Source of the DNA: Malacoraja senta
Taxonomy: Eukaryota
Direction: 5' to 3'
Length of the DNA stretch: 42,521 nucleotides
Assembly (NCBI GenBank): GCA_038087875.1
Contig: CM075994.1
Location: 11,844,001 to 11,886,521 of the forward strand
This document shows positions 21,500 through 32,995 of the stretch, in pieces (position 1 is the first letter of the stretch; every line of letters begins with the position of its first letter). The notes beneath the pieces are model-generated. The model saw nothing but the letters and a program-made list of their open reading frames with translations, did no database searches and had not been told where the DNA came from. A program made the position numbers and the translations under genes.

Positions 21500-22937
21500 A
21501 CAGTGACTTGGTTGTATAGATTCAGAACTAGCTTACTGATAGAAGATGGATGTGGTGGAAAGACTATATTTAGGCTGTGGTCTGTGACTAGTGGCATTCC
21601 ACGAGGATTTGTACAGGGACGTCTGCTGTTTATAAAAATACTTGGAGCCAAGCATAGACAGTTTGTTTAGTATGATTGCAGATGACACCAAGATTGCTGG
21701 GGTTTGGACTGTGAGGAAGGCTGCCAAGATGTACAATTGGATATAGATCAGCGACAGAACAGGTTCGAGAAATGGCAGATGGAGTTTAATTCAAACAAGT
21801 ACAAGGTGTTGCACTTTGTGAGATCAAATGTAATGAAAAATATACAATAAATGGCATGACCCTTAAGAGCATTGATGTACAGAGGGATCTTGGGGTCCAA
21901 GTCAATGAATCCCTGAAAGTGGCAACACAAGTAGAGAGTGGTAAGAAGGCATATGGTAGGTTTGGTTTAGGTCAGGGCATTAAGCATAGTAGTCAGGAAG
22001 TCATGATGCAGTTTTATATGAGTTTGGTTAGGCTACATTTTGAGTATAGCGTGCAGTTCTGCTCAGCCCATTACAGGAAGGATGAGGTGGCTTTGGAAAA
22101 TGGGCAGAGGTTTACCAGAATGGCGCCAGAACCCTGGAGGTTGCAGGGAGACCTGACCAAGGTTGACCTGGTCGGGCCGGCGTTGGAGCCTCGTTAGTCG
22201 ACGAAGCCCGTGGTCATCAGTGCCTGGGGCTGCAGAGCCCACGGGTGGGGCCTGGGTCGGCACAAAGTAGGCGTCCGGAGAGGGCCCGGCAGCGTTAGTG
22301 GAGAGGTCGGTGCGGCAGTCGATGATGGCGCCGACCGATGGACGAGGACGGACACGTGGAAGTGAGGATGTTTCTGCCGAGGAAAGGAATAAAGGAGGAC
22401 CTGGCGTGGGGGGACTGCCATGAGGGAGAGGGGTAGAGCAATGGGGATCCAGCATTGGGGGGACCCACATGAGGGAGGGGGAAGAACAATGGAGGACCCG
22501 GCGTGAGGGAACCGCCGTGACGGAGGGGGAGGGGGGGAAGAAAGGAAAAACAAAGGGGGACCAGGCGCGGGGGATTTGTAACTTTGTAAGCGCCCTTTAT
22601 GGGCGACTATTTGCGTATCTTAGGTATGCAAGCAAAGAATTTCACTGTGACAAGTTACATGTGACAATAAAGTATTCAATTCAATTCAATTAGAAGAATA
22701 TAAAGTTACGAGAGGCATAGATAAGGTCGACAGTTAGAAACTTTTTCCCAGGATGGAAAAATCAAATACTAGAGGGCATAGCTTTAAGGTGAGTGGGGCA
22801 AAGCTTAAAGGAGATGCGCTGGGCAACTTTTTTCTTTATGTGCAGGTAGATCCAAGATGGTTTTGGCAGCATGTTTAGCATAGACATTGTAGGCTGAGGG
22901 GGTTTGTTCGTGTGCTGTACTGTTCTATGTTCTATGT
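21500..22937 (+). mobile_element. CR1 LINE 3' fragment, interrupted at 22157-22690
   Basis: VTSGIPRG, ADDTKI, QRDLGVQV, LVRLHFEY.VQF; LQGDL|IEEYK rejoins across the insert; TRGH motif; 3' (TTCTATG)n tail. Confidence 0.88.
22157..22690 (+). mobile_element. Retroposon 3' fragment (unclassified SINE or LINE 3'UTR) with AATAAA and (ATTCA)n tail
   Basis: GC-rich body ending GAATTTCACTGTG..ATGTGACAATAAAGT(ATTCA)3; precisely interrupts the CR1. Confidence 0.65.
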
Positions 22938-23142
22938 ATGACGCACAGGTGGTATCCTCATCCCAGAGATAGCCTCTGCTGTCCTACTTTCCACAGCTGC
23001 TGTAAAGTGTTGCTGCTTTACATACGTCACTCTTCAAATGTGTTATTCATTATACAGTTCAATATTCTATATTGTACAATAATTAGTAAATGTACAGTAT
23101 TATTTGATTATTACTCTTCTGTAATACACAGCACTGTATAAA

Positions 23143-26060
23143 TCTCCAACAAGATCCCACTACTGGCCACATCTTCCCATCTCCACCTCTTTCTGCATAC
23201 CACAGAGACCGTTCCCACTGCAACGCCCTGGTAAACTCGTCCTTTCCCACCCAAACCACCCCCTCCCTAGGTACTTTCCCCTGCAACCGCAGGAGATGCA
23301 ATACCTGTCTCTTTACCTCCGCCCTCGTCTCCATCCAAGAACCCGGACAGTCTTTCCAGGCGAGGCAGAGGTTCACTTGGATGCAGCAATCATTGACCTA
23401 CCAGCATCACCAGCCAACTACGATGTCTTTATAGAAATGATGAAAAAATCCTCTAGGAAGAACATCCCAGAGGATGCCAAGTAAACTTCATCCCCGGACT
23501 GTCAGAGGAAGCTAAGGAACTCCATAAGGAATACAGCAACTGATTCCAGGCTAATTCCTTTGGAGATGATACTCTGATAACTGGGGAATGAATTATGAAA
23601 GCAGCGTCAACCAAGTGACGTTGGAGGTGGCAAGAGCTGATCGAGTCTACAAACATGACTCAAAACAGCAGGAAAGCCTGGAAGACAATAAGGATATTAT
23701 GAAACGACCACACAAAACCTCAACCCCGATATGATGCCACAGCAGACCAAGTTGCTCATCAGCTCCTTGTGAACAGTCGAGGAATCTAGACCACCACCCT
23801 GGTAGAGCTAAGGTCCCTAAGACAACAGAAGATCAACAAGGGGATACTAACCTTACCAGACCCTTCACTGTGGGTGAACTCCTCCTTGTAATGAAGAACA
23901 ACAAAGCAGCTGGACATGATGACATTCTATGTGAACAAGTCAAACACCTAGGACCAGCTGCCAAACAGTGGCTTCTTGACCTATTCAACAGTTGTCTCAG
24001 AACGAACAAGCTACCAAAGATGTGGAGACGAGCAAAGATAGTGGCTATACTGAAGCCTGGAAAATATCCAGCCGACCACAAGAACTTCCGACCCATCTTC
24101 CTGCTCGGTCACGCATACAAATTATTTGAGAGGCTAATCTTGAATCGACTGGGCCCCATCACGGCCAGCAGCTTATTCCTGAGCAAGCAGGCTTCAGACC
24201 TGGAAAACCCTGCACAAGCCAGCTCCTGAATCTGACCCAATTCATTGAGGATGGATATGTGATAGGACTTATTACTGGTGCCACTTTTGTAGACCTGTCA
24301 GCGGCTTATGATACAGTCAACCATCGAATACTTGTGCAAAAGCTATCCAAGATCACAAAGGATGCAAACCTGACAGCTCTGATCCAAAACATGCTGGAGA
24401 ATAGACGCTTCTTTGTAGACCTCAGGGGTGATCGCAGCAGATGGCGCAGACAAAAGAATGAGCTTCCTCAAGGCAGTGTTCTTGCCCCTCTGCTTTTCAA
24501 CATTTACACCAACGACCAACCAATCCATCCAAGCACCAGGAGCTTCCTGAATGCTGATGACCTCTGTATCGCATCTCAGTGTCAGTCCTTCGCAGAACTT
24601 GAGACGGCCCTCACTGAAGCGTTAAGACGGCCTTACCAACCACTATGCCCTATATCATTTACGGTCAAACCCAGACAAAACACAAATTAGCGCCTTCCAC
24701 CTTAAGAACCGTGATGCGAACTGCAAATTAACTGTTCACTGGTATGGGAAGAGTCTAGCCTACTCAGCCAATCCCATGTACTTAGGAGTTACTCTGGACC
24801 GCACCCCAAGCTACAAAGACCATGTTATCAAGACAAAAGCAAAGATAGTAGCCAGAAACAACATGCTGAGAAACCTGGCCAGCTCTAAATGGGGATGAGA
24901 TCCAGGAATCATCTGGAATACTGCCTTTGCTGGGGACGTTCTTCACACATTGGATCCGGTGCTAAACGCAGCATGCAGAACCATCTCTGGTTGCATCAAA
25001 CCCACACGAGTTGACGACCTGTGCCTGCTGTGTGGTATTGCACCCACTCCAATCAGAAGAGCAGTATCATCAAAAGTGGAATGCACCAAGCAGGAGGATG
25101 ACCCTCATCACCCACTCTTCCAACATGTCCAGGCACCAAAGAGGTTAAAATTCTGAAATAGCTTCCAACATGCAGATCAACCCAAATGATAACCTGTAAG
25201 ATAGATGCTTGGGTAACACACCTACAATCTAAACCACACACATTGACACTATAGCCTGACGAGTCCCTTCCATTGGGATCGCAGGAGCCAGGGCCAGTCT
25301 GGCTCTGCCTCAAACACCTAAGAACACGGGTCGGACGACGGAAAGCCCTCATGCAGAAGTGGGGGTACAACAACGATGACCCAACCAAATGTGACTGCAG
25401 GGAGGCAACCCAAACTATGCAGCACTTACTTACCTGCCCCCTCCTCCCAGAGCCCTGCAAACCAGAAGATCTCAATGCCTTCAACCCATGTGCCACAGCC
25501 TTCGTTATGCAGTGGCTTGGAAAAGTGTAGCGACACAACAAGAAGACGACTTGCACCTCCTCCAACCTCATCTCCTGTATCCGCTGTTCCAGGTGTCAAC
25601 TTCTGTACATCGGTGAGACCAAGCGCAGGCGCGGAGATCGTTTCGCTGAACACCTCCGCTCAGTCCGCCTTGACCCAACTGATCTTCCGGTTGCTCAGCA
25701 CTTTAACTTCCCCTCCCATTCCCAATCTGACCTTTCTCTCCTGGGCCTCCTCCATTGTCAGTGAGGCCCAGCACAAATTGGAGGAACAGCACCTCATATT
25801 TTACTTGGGTAGCTTACACCCCAGTGGTATGAACATTGACTTCTCTAACTTCAAATAGCCCTTGCTTTCCCTCTCTCTCCATCCCCTCCCCTCCCCATTT
25901 GTCCCACCAGTCTTCCTGTCTCTGACGACATTCCATCTTCGTCCTGCCCACTCCCGACATCAGTCTGAAGAAGGGTCTCGACCCGAAATGTCACCCATTC
26001 CTTCTCTCCAGAGATGCTCCCTGTCCCGCTGAGTTACTCCAGCATTTTGTATCTACCTTC
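23143..26060 (+). mobile_element. Penelope 3' fragment (Cys linker, GIY-YIG, tail), split by a LINE at 23380-25548
   Basis: PCNRRRCNTC, then after the insert LISCIRCSRCQLLYIGETKR; tail homologous to 35946-36155. Confidence 0.9.
23380..25548 (+). mobile_element. 5'-truncated Vingi/Ingi-like (I group) LINE with 5-bp TSD ACTTG
   Basis: KAAGHDDI, FVDLSAAYDTVNH, LPQGSVLAPLLFNIY, ADD, C-terminal CDC..QTMQHLLTC; very short 3'UTR with AAG repeats; ACTTG at 23375-23379 and 25549-25553. Clade assignment is from recalled motifs. Confidence 0.75.
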
Positions 26061-27365
26061 CACTGTACATAGCTTGTTTTGATAACAACGTATCAGGATC
26101 ACATCTCCATTATGTTGTAATGACACCATGGAGCACTGTTTCGTTTAGCGCATCTAGATTGTATGGGGGTGTATCGGCTTAGGGAAGGGTGGCACCTCTG
26201 GTGGGGGAAGGAATGAGATTTCTTCGTGGATCCGTCTAAATTTTAATCTGTCTAAATCTCCGCTATAAATGGCTTTACACGAGACAGTGAGCAGCTGCAC
26301 CGATGGTTGAGTGCGTGAGTTGATTTTAGCGGAAAGCGTGTACATGGGTGCGGGTCGACCCGTCTTTGCATGAGCATCTCTCGGGCTAGTGCTCAGCTCC
26401 GCACATGTAGAGTAGCGGTTTCGCTCTGTCCCCAGGCCTATCGCACCGGGGTTGGGGCGGGGAGCGCAGAGTTACGTACACGTACACAATGCTCACACTG
26501 TAACTGTACTGCCTTGGTACGTGCGTGCGCTCTCCATCCACCTAGACTCTGCGGAGCTGACAATACAAAATGTATCAGCATGCATAAGTATGTAATTTTC
26601 AGCGAGTCACGCGACGAGGCGATGGCGTTCACAGATGTGAACTCGTGGTAGTTACCAACTTTCGACGAGGACTGGGAACTCGCGGCGGTCGGTACGTACC
26701 TGAGCCAGTGATTGCAGGGTAGGGTCCCCGGTGGAAATACATAAATGAACAACTCTATTAAGAACAAAAAAACCTGGACCAGACAGTATAAAGACAATCT
26801 AGGTGATAACGGCCATCATAACATCATGACTAGGAAACATGAACAGTCACGATGACATACACATAATTGTACAAGTACACATTGCATCGTTGACACAGCG
26901 CCTATTAATGACGTAACAAATATGCCGGAGTTCCCAATCCTACGATCGACCGCCGAAATCACGTGTTCACACAGGCAACTCGCCGCAACAGCTCGATCGT
27001 CGAATGCGGCGTTTCAACATGCAAATCCCATAGACGATGAAACTGGAGTCGTGGTACCTGGTCAAACTTTAGCTAACATTTTCACCATGGATCGGATGGA
27101 CAAGTACAGGGCAGGTGAGACGCAAGTGAATGTGCCTCTTAGTGTCCGAAGTCTAACGATGCAGGTAAGATACGTAATTTCAAATCTAAACTAGAGTAAT
27201 CACGACAGTTCTTGACTATCTGAAAATTTTGTTCAAAACTGTCGGGTCTACTCTAAACCTATGTATATTTGATCATTACTTGATATGAATATTTTAAATT
27301 AGTAAAATACAGATAAGTAAAAATTTGGAAGGAAAGTCAAATGATCAGGTGGCAATTCATTTACT

Positions 27366-27557
27366 TGTGGCGGTCCCTGGGGGTTAGGCCACTCCTTCGG
27401 TCATCCCCCTCGGCTTTTGACGGACAGGGACGATTGTCTGCCCACGGGGTTTCCCGGGTCCTGCTCGGAGGCGGTGGTGTGTTCTCGAGACTTCATTAAA
27501 CTACTTCTGAACCTGCCTGGCGTCTGGCCTTATCCTGACCTCGTCCAGGTCGCTACA
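27366..27557 (+). repeat. Gypsy 5' LTR (192 bp)
   Basis: TG...CA ends with 7-bp inverted termini (1 mismatch), internal ATTAAA, PBS two bases downstream. Confidence 0.85.
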
Positions 27558-27559
27558 AC

Positions 27560-27574
27560 TGGTGACCCCGACGT
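27560..27574 (+). promoter_or_regulatory. Primer-binding site complementary to the tRNA-Trp 3' end
   Basis: TGGTGACCCCGACGT matches the recalled tRNA-Trp 3' end ...ACGUCGGGGUCACCA. Confidence 0.8.
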
Positions 27575-30541
27575 TCATCACACATCGTGATGGATAACAA
27601 CGCTGTTGCAGTAAAACTCCCGACTTTGTGGACCGAAGAGCCTGATATCTGGTTCCAGCAGGCAGAGACACAGTTTGGTCTGCGAGGGGTAACGGTAGAC
27701 GAAACTAAATACTTTTACGTGTTCAGCGCTCTTGACCAGGCGACTGCGAGGCGGGTTAAGCCTTTCTTCAGCCACCCCCGTTAACTAACAAATATAAGGG
27801 CCTTAAGGACCTCCTTATCAGATTTGGCCTTAGCGAATCTGAGCGGGCAGCTCGGATTCTCCAAATGGACGGTCTGGACGACCACCGGCCCTCCTGGAGG
27901 ACATGTTCGCCCTAATGGGCAACCACCGGCCTTGTTTTCTATTTAAATATGCTTACCTTCAGCAGCTCCCATCCGACATCCGCCGGCAGCTCACCACCGA
28001 TCCCTTTGATGACACGCAGGCGCTGGCTGAGCGCGCCGACCAACTGTGGATGTCCCGTCAGCAGGACTTGAAAGCATAACCCTCCTTCCCGCGGCGTCGG
28101 GAGGCGCGGAGCAGGTCGGGGCCGCTATAGACCGCGTCTCCGCTGCTCCCGGACGGCCCCAGCGGCGGAATCCGGCCGCCATTCCAGCGCAGGCACGTCG
28201 TTCCAACAGGGCCTGCCTGCAGTTCCACCCGTCGCCAGCAGGTCGCTATGGCTCAAGCCAGCCAACTTCACCTGTAGTTCCACCAGACGCCAGCAGAGGG
28301 GGTTGGTGCTATTATCACCGCCGCTGGGGAGCTGCAGCAAGGCAATGTCACCCCCCCCCTGTGCATTCCCGGGAAACGCAGGGGTCGCTCGTCAGTGATT
28401 CCTTCGGCGGTCAGCCATATTCATCGCGTCTTCGCCTGGGATCGCTGCACCGGGAGTCGGTTCCTCGTAGACACTGGGGCTGAGGTGAGTGTGCTGCCTC
28501 CCTCCATCGCTGACATCCGTGCGGGCAAACGTGGCCCCCTACTCACCGCGGCGAACGGGAGTGCTATTCGCACCTACGAAGCTCGCACCATCTCCCTCAA
28601 CTTTGGCCGCAGCTGCTTTTCGTGGGAGTTTGTCATCTCTGACGTTTCCCAGCCGCTGCTGGGCGCCAACTTCCTTCGAGCCCATTCGCTCCTCGTGGAT
28701 GTCAAGCGGCGGCGTCTGGTGCACTGCGTCAAGCTGGAGCCAGTCTTCCTCCGCGTTGTTGATCCGGTTGCCCGCCCTGATTGTCCTGTCATCCGTGGAT
28801 GCGACTGCCGCACGCATCCTGGATTTTCCAGTCATCCTCGAGCCCCACTTCCGCTCCTCTGCCCCCAAACACGGAGTGGAGCACCATATTCTGACTACTG
28901 GCCCACCCGTGCACGTCATCTCGCGCCAGACAAGCTCCATCCAGCTCGGGAGGAGTTTCGCCTGTTGGAGGCGATAGGCATCGTGCGCCCCCCGAAAGCC
29001 CATGGGCGTCACCATTCCACATGGTCCCCAAAGCGGGATGGGGCTGGCGCCCGTCTGCGGATCACCGTCGTCTGAATGATGCAACCATCGCCGACAGGTA
29101 CCCGGTCCCGCACATTCAGGACTTCAATGCCCATCTGGCCGGAGCATCAGTGTTCTCCAAGGTGGACCTCGTGCGAGGGTACAACCAGATTCCGGTCCAC
29201 CCCGACGATATCCCCAAGACTGCCATTATAACACCGTTTGGACTGTTTGAATTTGTGCGGATGCCGTTTGGTTTGAAGAACGCCGCGCAGGCCTTTCAGC
29301 GGCTTATGGACTGTGTGTGTCGTGGCCTGGACTTTGTATTTGTGTACTTGGACGACATACTCGTGGCCAGCCGCATGCGGCAGGAGAACTGCATTCACCT
29401 CCGTCAGCGCCTCAGTGATTTTGGGTTGGCTATCAACTCGTCTAAGTGCCGTTTTGGGGTGACGGCCATCGACTTCCTTGGCTCCCGCGAAACTCCACTT
29501 GGGGTTGTGCCTCTGCCGGCCAGGATGGACACTGTCCGCCGGTTCCCCCGACTGTCCACAGTTAAGGGCCTCCAGTAATTCATGGGGATGGTCGCGTTTT
29601 ATCACCGCTTCTTGCCGGCAGCGGCCGCAATCATGTGTCTGCTTTTCCACCTGATCGCTGGTCATCGTGAGATTGAGTGGTCCGACGAAGCAGCTGGGGC
29701 CACGATGCTCGTCCACCCCCGCGAGTATGCCCCGACCGCCCTGACGGTGGACACTTCTGAGGTTGCGGTTGGGGCAGGCAGCTACATACTGTTATTTCAT
29801 ATACTGTTCTAACATCAGAAGTGGCTTTTGTTGGGGCTTCACTTTTGAGGTTCAAACTAGAGAATTATTTCAGAACTGGATAATTATTCATTGCATCAGC
29901 GCCTATCATGGCATCATGTCACCCTTGCAAGCATGGTGCTTACTGCGTAATTATCCCAGTAGACGTTGGGCAAAACAAGTTTTTCTCAAACACATATACA
30001 GATTTGCAATTAGGGCCCTGTAAATATTACATTCAAATATATTTAATGAAAGATTTGTTGAGACTTCCACAAAATTACTTACCCAGAAAAAATGTATTTG
30101 ATTACATCTTGGATAAGTGGGACCATATCACCATACATTACAGACACAGTCTGCATCGTCATAGGGATAAATGCAATGTAAAATTGATACTGCATTTTGT
30201 TTTATGTTTGTGTTTTGCATTGTTGAATTTTTAGCTTGAATGTTGAAGGAATCTTTAGTATTGGTCAGACCTCTAAATTATGAAATTGTATTTTTAATGT
30301 TAATCAGACTTTTGTGTATCTCTTTTCAGGGACTTCTTCTCAGTGTGATGGCAGAGCATTCACTAACATTCACGGTGGTATCAGTGATTGACCTTGCTAA
30401 ATCTCTTGCCACTGATCCTAAAGCATTGGACCGCTTATCCATGGACAGAACAAGTGCGTCGTACAAACTTCGGTTTGGAGATGCGCGAACATTCCTAGAA
30501 TACACAGTAGAGCATCTTCAGTCGTTTGTTTCACTGAATAT

Positions 30542-30878
30542 CAGGATCCGGAACACCACCATATGTGCAACCCTTGGTATGGAATTAACCATTCTGGACA
30601 GAATTACAACAAAAAGACTACGTTACTTCAGCCATATCCAGCGAATGCCACCATCACGCTTTTCCAATCTAGCATTTGAGGCACTTGTCCATGGAAACCG
30701 TCCAAGAGGAAGACCACCAACGAGATGGAGTGACTGCCTGAAAGCAGACGGCATCAAAATGAACATCAACTCTCTGGTCAGAGCTAGCAGGCTAGCTAAG
30801 GACAGGAGTGGCAGGACATCATGAACCAGATGGCACCATTCAACCCGAAGTTGGAGTGAACAACATAGATAGATAGAT
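30542..30878 (+). mobile_element. RTE-clade LINE extreme 3' fragment with (TAGA)n tail
   Basis: RLRYFSHIQRM..GNRPRGRPPTRWSD; removal rejoins the host transposase as NI|DEST. Confidence 0.85.
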
Positions 30879-32995
30879 TGATGAGTCAACTTTCAACAAT
30901 GATGAAAAGATCCTGGCTGTGTTAGTGTCTTATTTTTCTCTGACACTTCATCGTGTTGCTGTACATCTTCTTGCATCAGTGTCAGTGATTCGAGCAAACA
31001 CACAATCTCTCGTCGAGAAACTTGATGAGTTAATGACACAACACAGACTACCGTGGAAAAATCTCATGTCTGTATTTATGTATTTATGGACGCAATGCGA
31101 GGATCAAAGAGTGGTTTGGAACTCCGACCCTGGAAGGAGAGAGCACCTCACCTTCTTGATATTGATGGGGACATATGTCATCATGTCCATAACGCAACTA
31201 AAAAACTGTGCAAACCTTTTGCCTTCTGGGTAGAAGGGTTGTTCGGATATGTCCACGCAGACTTCAAGTGGTCGCCTGACTTCCGTAGTGCATTGTTGAA
31301 CATTGGCCAATTGCTTGAAGTCAAGTTTACCGTGCCAGAGGGTTTCATTCCTCATCTCAGGTTGTCATGTTATGAAGTTAACATGGAGGAAATTGTGAAC
31401 ATTCAAGCAGAATGTGCAAAGAAGCTGATGACTGCTGATGGCAAGAGAAAAGACAGATGTGTGGACAAACTCTTTTACAAGCGGACAAAGACACAGTCCA
31501 TCCTGGGCTTCTACTGTGCTTCTATGCCAATGCTGAAACAGTATGTTTGTATGTTTCAAACATCAAGCCCCCAAGTTCACAAGCTGAATAACCGGCAGGT
31601 TGAACTTTTCCAGGAATTTCTTGCTTGTTTTATTAAGCCAGAATGCTGTGTGAACTTGTCAGTACAGGTCCTGAAAGACCCGTCAAGACTAAATCTGGAT
31701 GACAAGGCAATTAGACTGAAGCCAAGAGATCTATTTCTGGGGACTGTAGCATCAAAGCTCATTGGAAAGGACTCAACAACATCTGAACTACTCTCAACTT
31801 GAGGAAGCCTTTGTACATGTGTGGGAAGTACCTGCAAGCCAAGCTTCCACTTGACAACAAACTGTTGAGATGTATGTCAACGCTTGATCCTCTGGCCAGG
31901 GCAAACTGTGCTACCATGAAGTACATGCGAAGACTACCAATACTTGTCAGTAATGTTGTTACTGAAGAGGAGCAAGAGGTCTATGGCAAGGAGGTCCTTA
32001 GATGCCAAGTGAGTCACCATGTGGCCCGTGCTGTTGATGGACAAAATGTTCCAATAGCACTTGATGCGTGGTGGGCATCTGTGGCTGATTTTAAGATTTT
32101 TCTACAGCTTTGCAAAATGGCATTTGCTACGAGTTGTTTTCATGGACCACAGGTGGAAGGATCATTCAACGTGATGGGAGATGTTATAGATCCCAAGTCT
32201 TCTTGCATGAATGTCAGTACATACTCGGCAATCAGTACATACTCGGTGCCCAAGAAAAGTAAGGTAACGCGCCTCAATGACTATCGACCAGTGGCACTAA
32301 CGCCTGTGGATGAAGTGCTTTGAGAGGTTGATCATGGCGCAAATCAACTCCTACCTCGACAAAAACCTGGACCCACTGCAGTTCGTTTACTGCCACAACA
32401 GATCAACGGTGGATGCGATCTCGCTGGCCCTCCACTCCGCTCTGGACCACTTGGACAACAAAAACTCATATGTCAGGCTGTTATTCATTGATTACAGCTC
32501 GGCATTTAATACAATCATCCCCTCCAAGCTGGTTACCAAACTCGCAGAACTGGGTCTCTGCGCATCCCTCTGCAATTGGATCCTCGACTTCCTCATTTAC
32601 AGACCAGTCTGTTCGTATTGGAAATGTGTCAGACTCGATAACAATCAGCACGGGAGCACCTCAAGGCTGCGTGCTCAGCCCCCTGCTGTACTCACTCTAT
32701 ACTCATGACTGCGTAGCCGGTCATAGTGCGAACTCCATCATCATCCATCGCTGACGACACCACTGTTGTGGGACGTATCACTGATGGGGATGAGTCAGAG
32801 TATGGAAGAGAGATCGAGCGACTGTCCATATGGTGCCAGCACAATAACCTGGCCCTCAACACCAGCAAAACCAAGGAACTGATTGTGCACTTTGGAAGGA
32901 GTAGGATGGGGACCCACAGTCCAGTTTATATCAACGGGTCGATGGTTGAAAGGGTCAAGAGCTTCAAATTCCTGGGCGTGCGCATCTCTGAAGTG

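Larger units (their letters stand above)
27366..29778 (+). mobile_element. Gypsy/Ty3 LTR retrotransposon 5' half (LTR, PBS, gag, PR, RT, start of RNaseH); no integrase or 3' LTR
   Basis: LTR TGTGGCG...CGCTACA; AVKLPTLW..WFQQAETQF and CYYHRRWG..A.QC (gag); FLVDTGAEVS (PR); KVDLVRGY, MPFGLKNA, YLDD (RT); LTVDTSEVAVGA (RH). Confidence 0.93.
26922..32245 (+). pseudogene. Second hAT-like transposase, interrupted by Gypsy (in a probable intron 27165-30329) and by RTE; 3' end replaced by Rex
   Basis: Probable exon ending NVPLSVRSLTMQ|GTAAG; TTTTCAG|GLLLSVMAEHSL..RTSASYK; SLNI|DEST; DIDGDICHHVHN; LD.WW; SCFHGPQVEGSFNVM. Termini not located and 5' boundary uncertain. Confidence 0.7.

Noticed and set aside
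26110..26920. CpG-rich stretch as the left terminus and promoter of the second hAT (CAGAGTT at 26467)
   Set aside because: Plausible, but no matching right TIR or TSD lies in the window, so the boundary cannot be supported.
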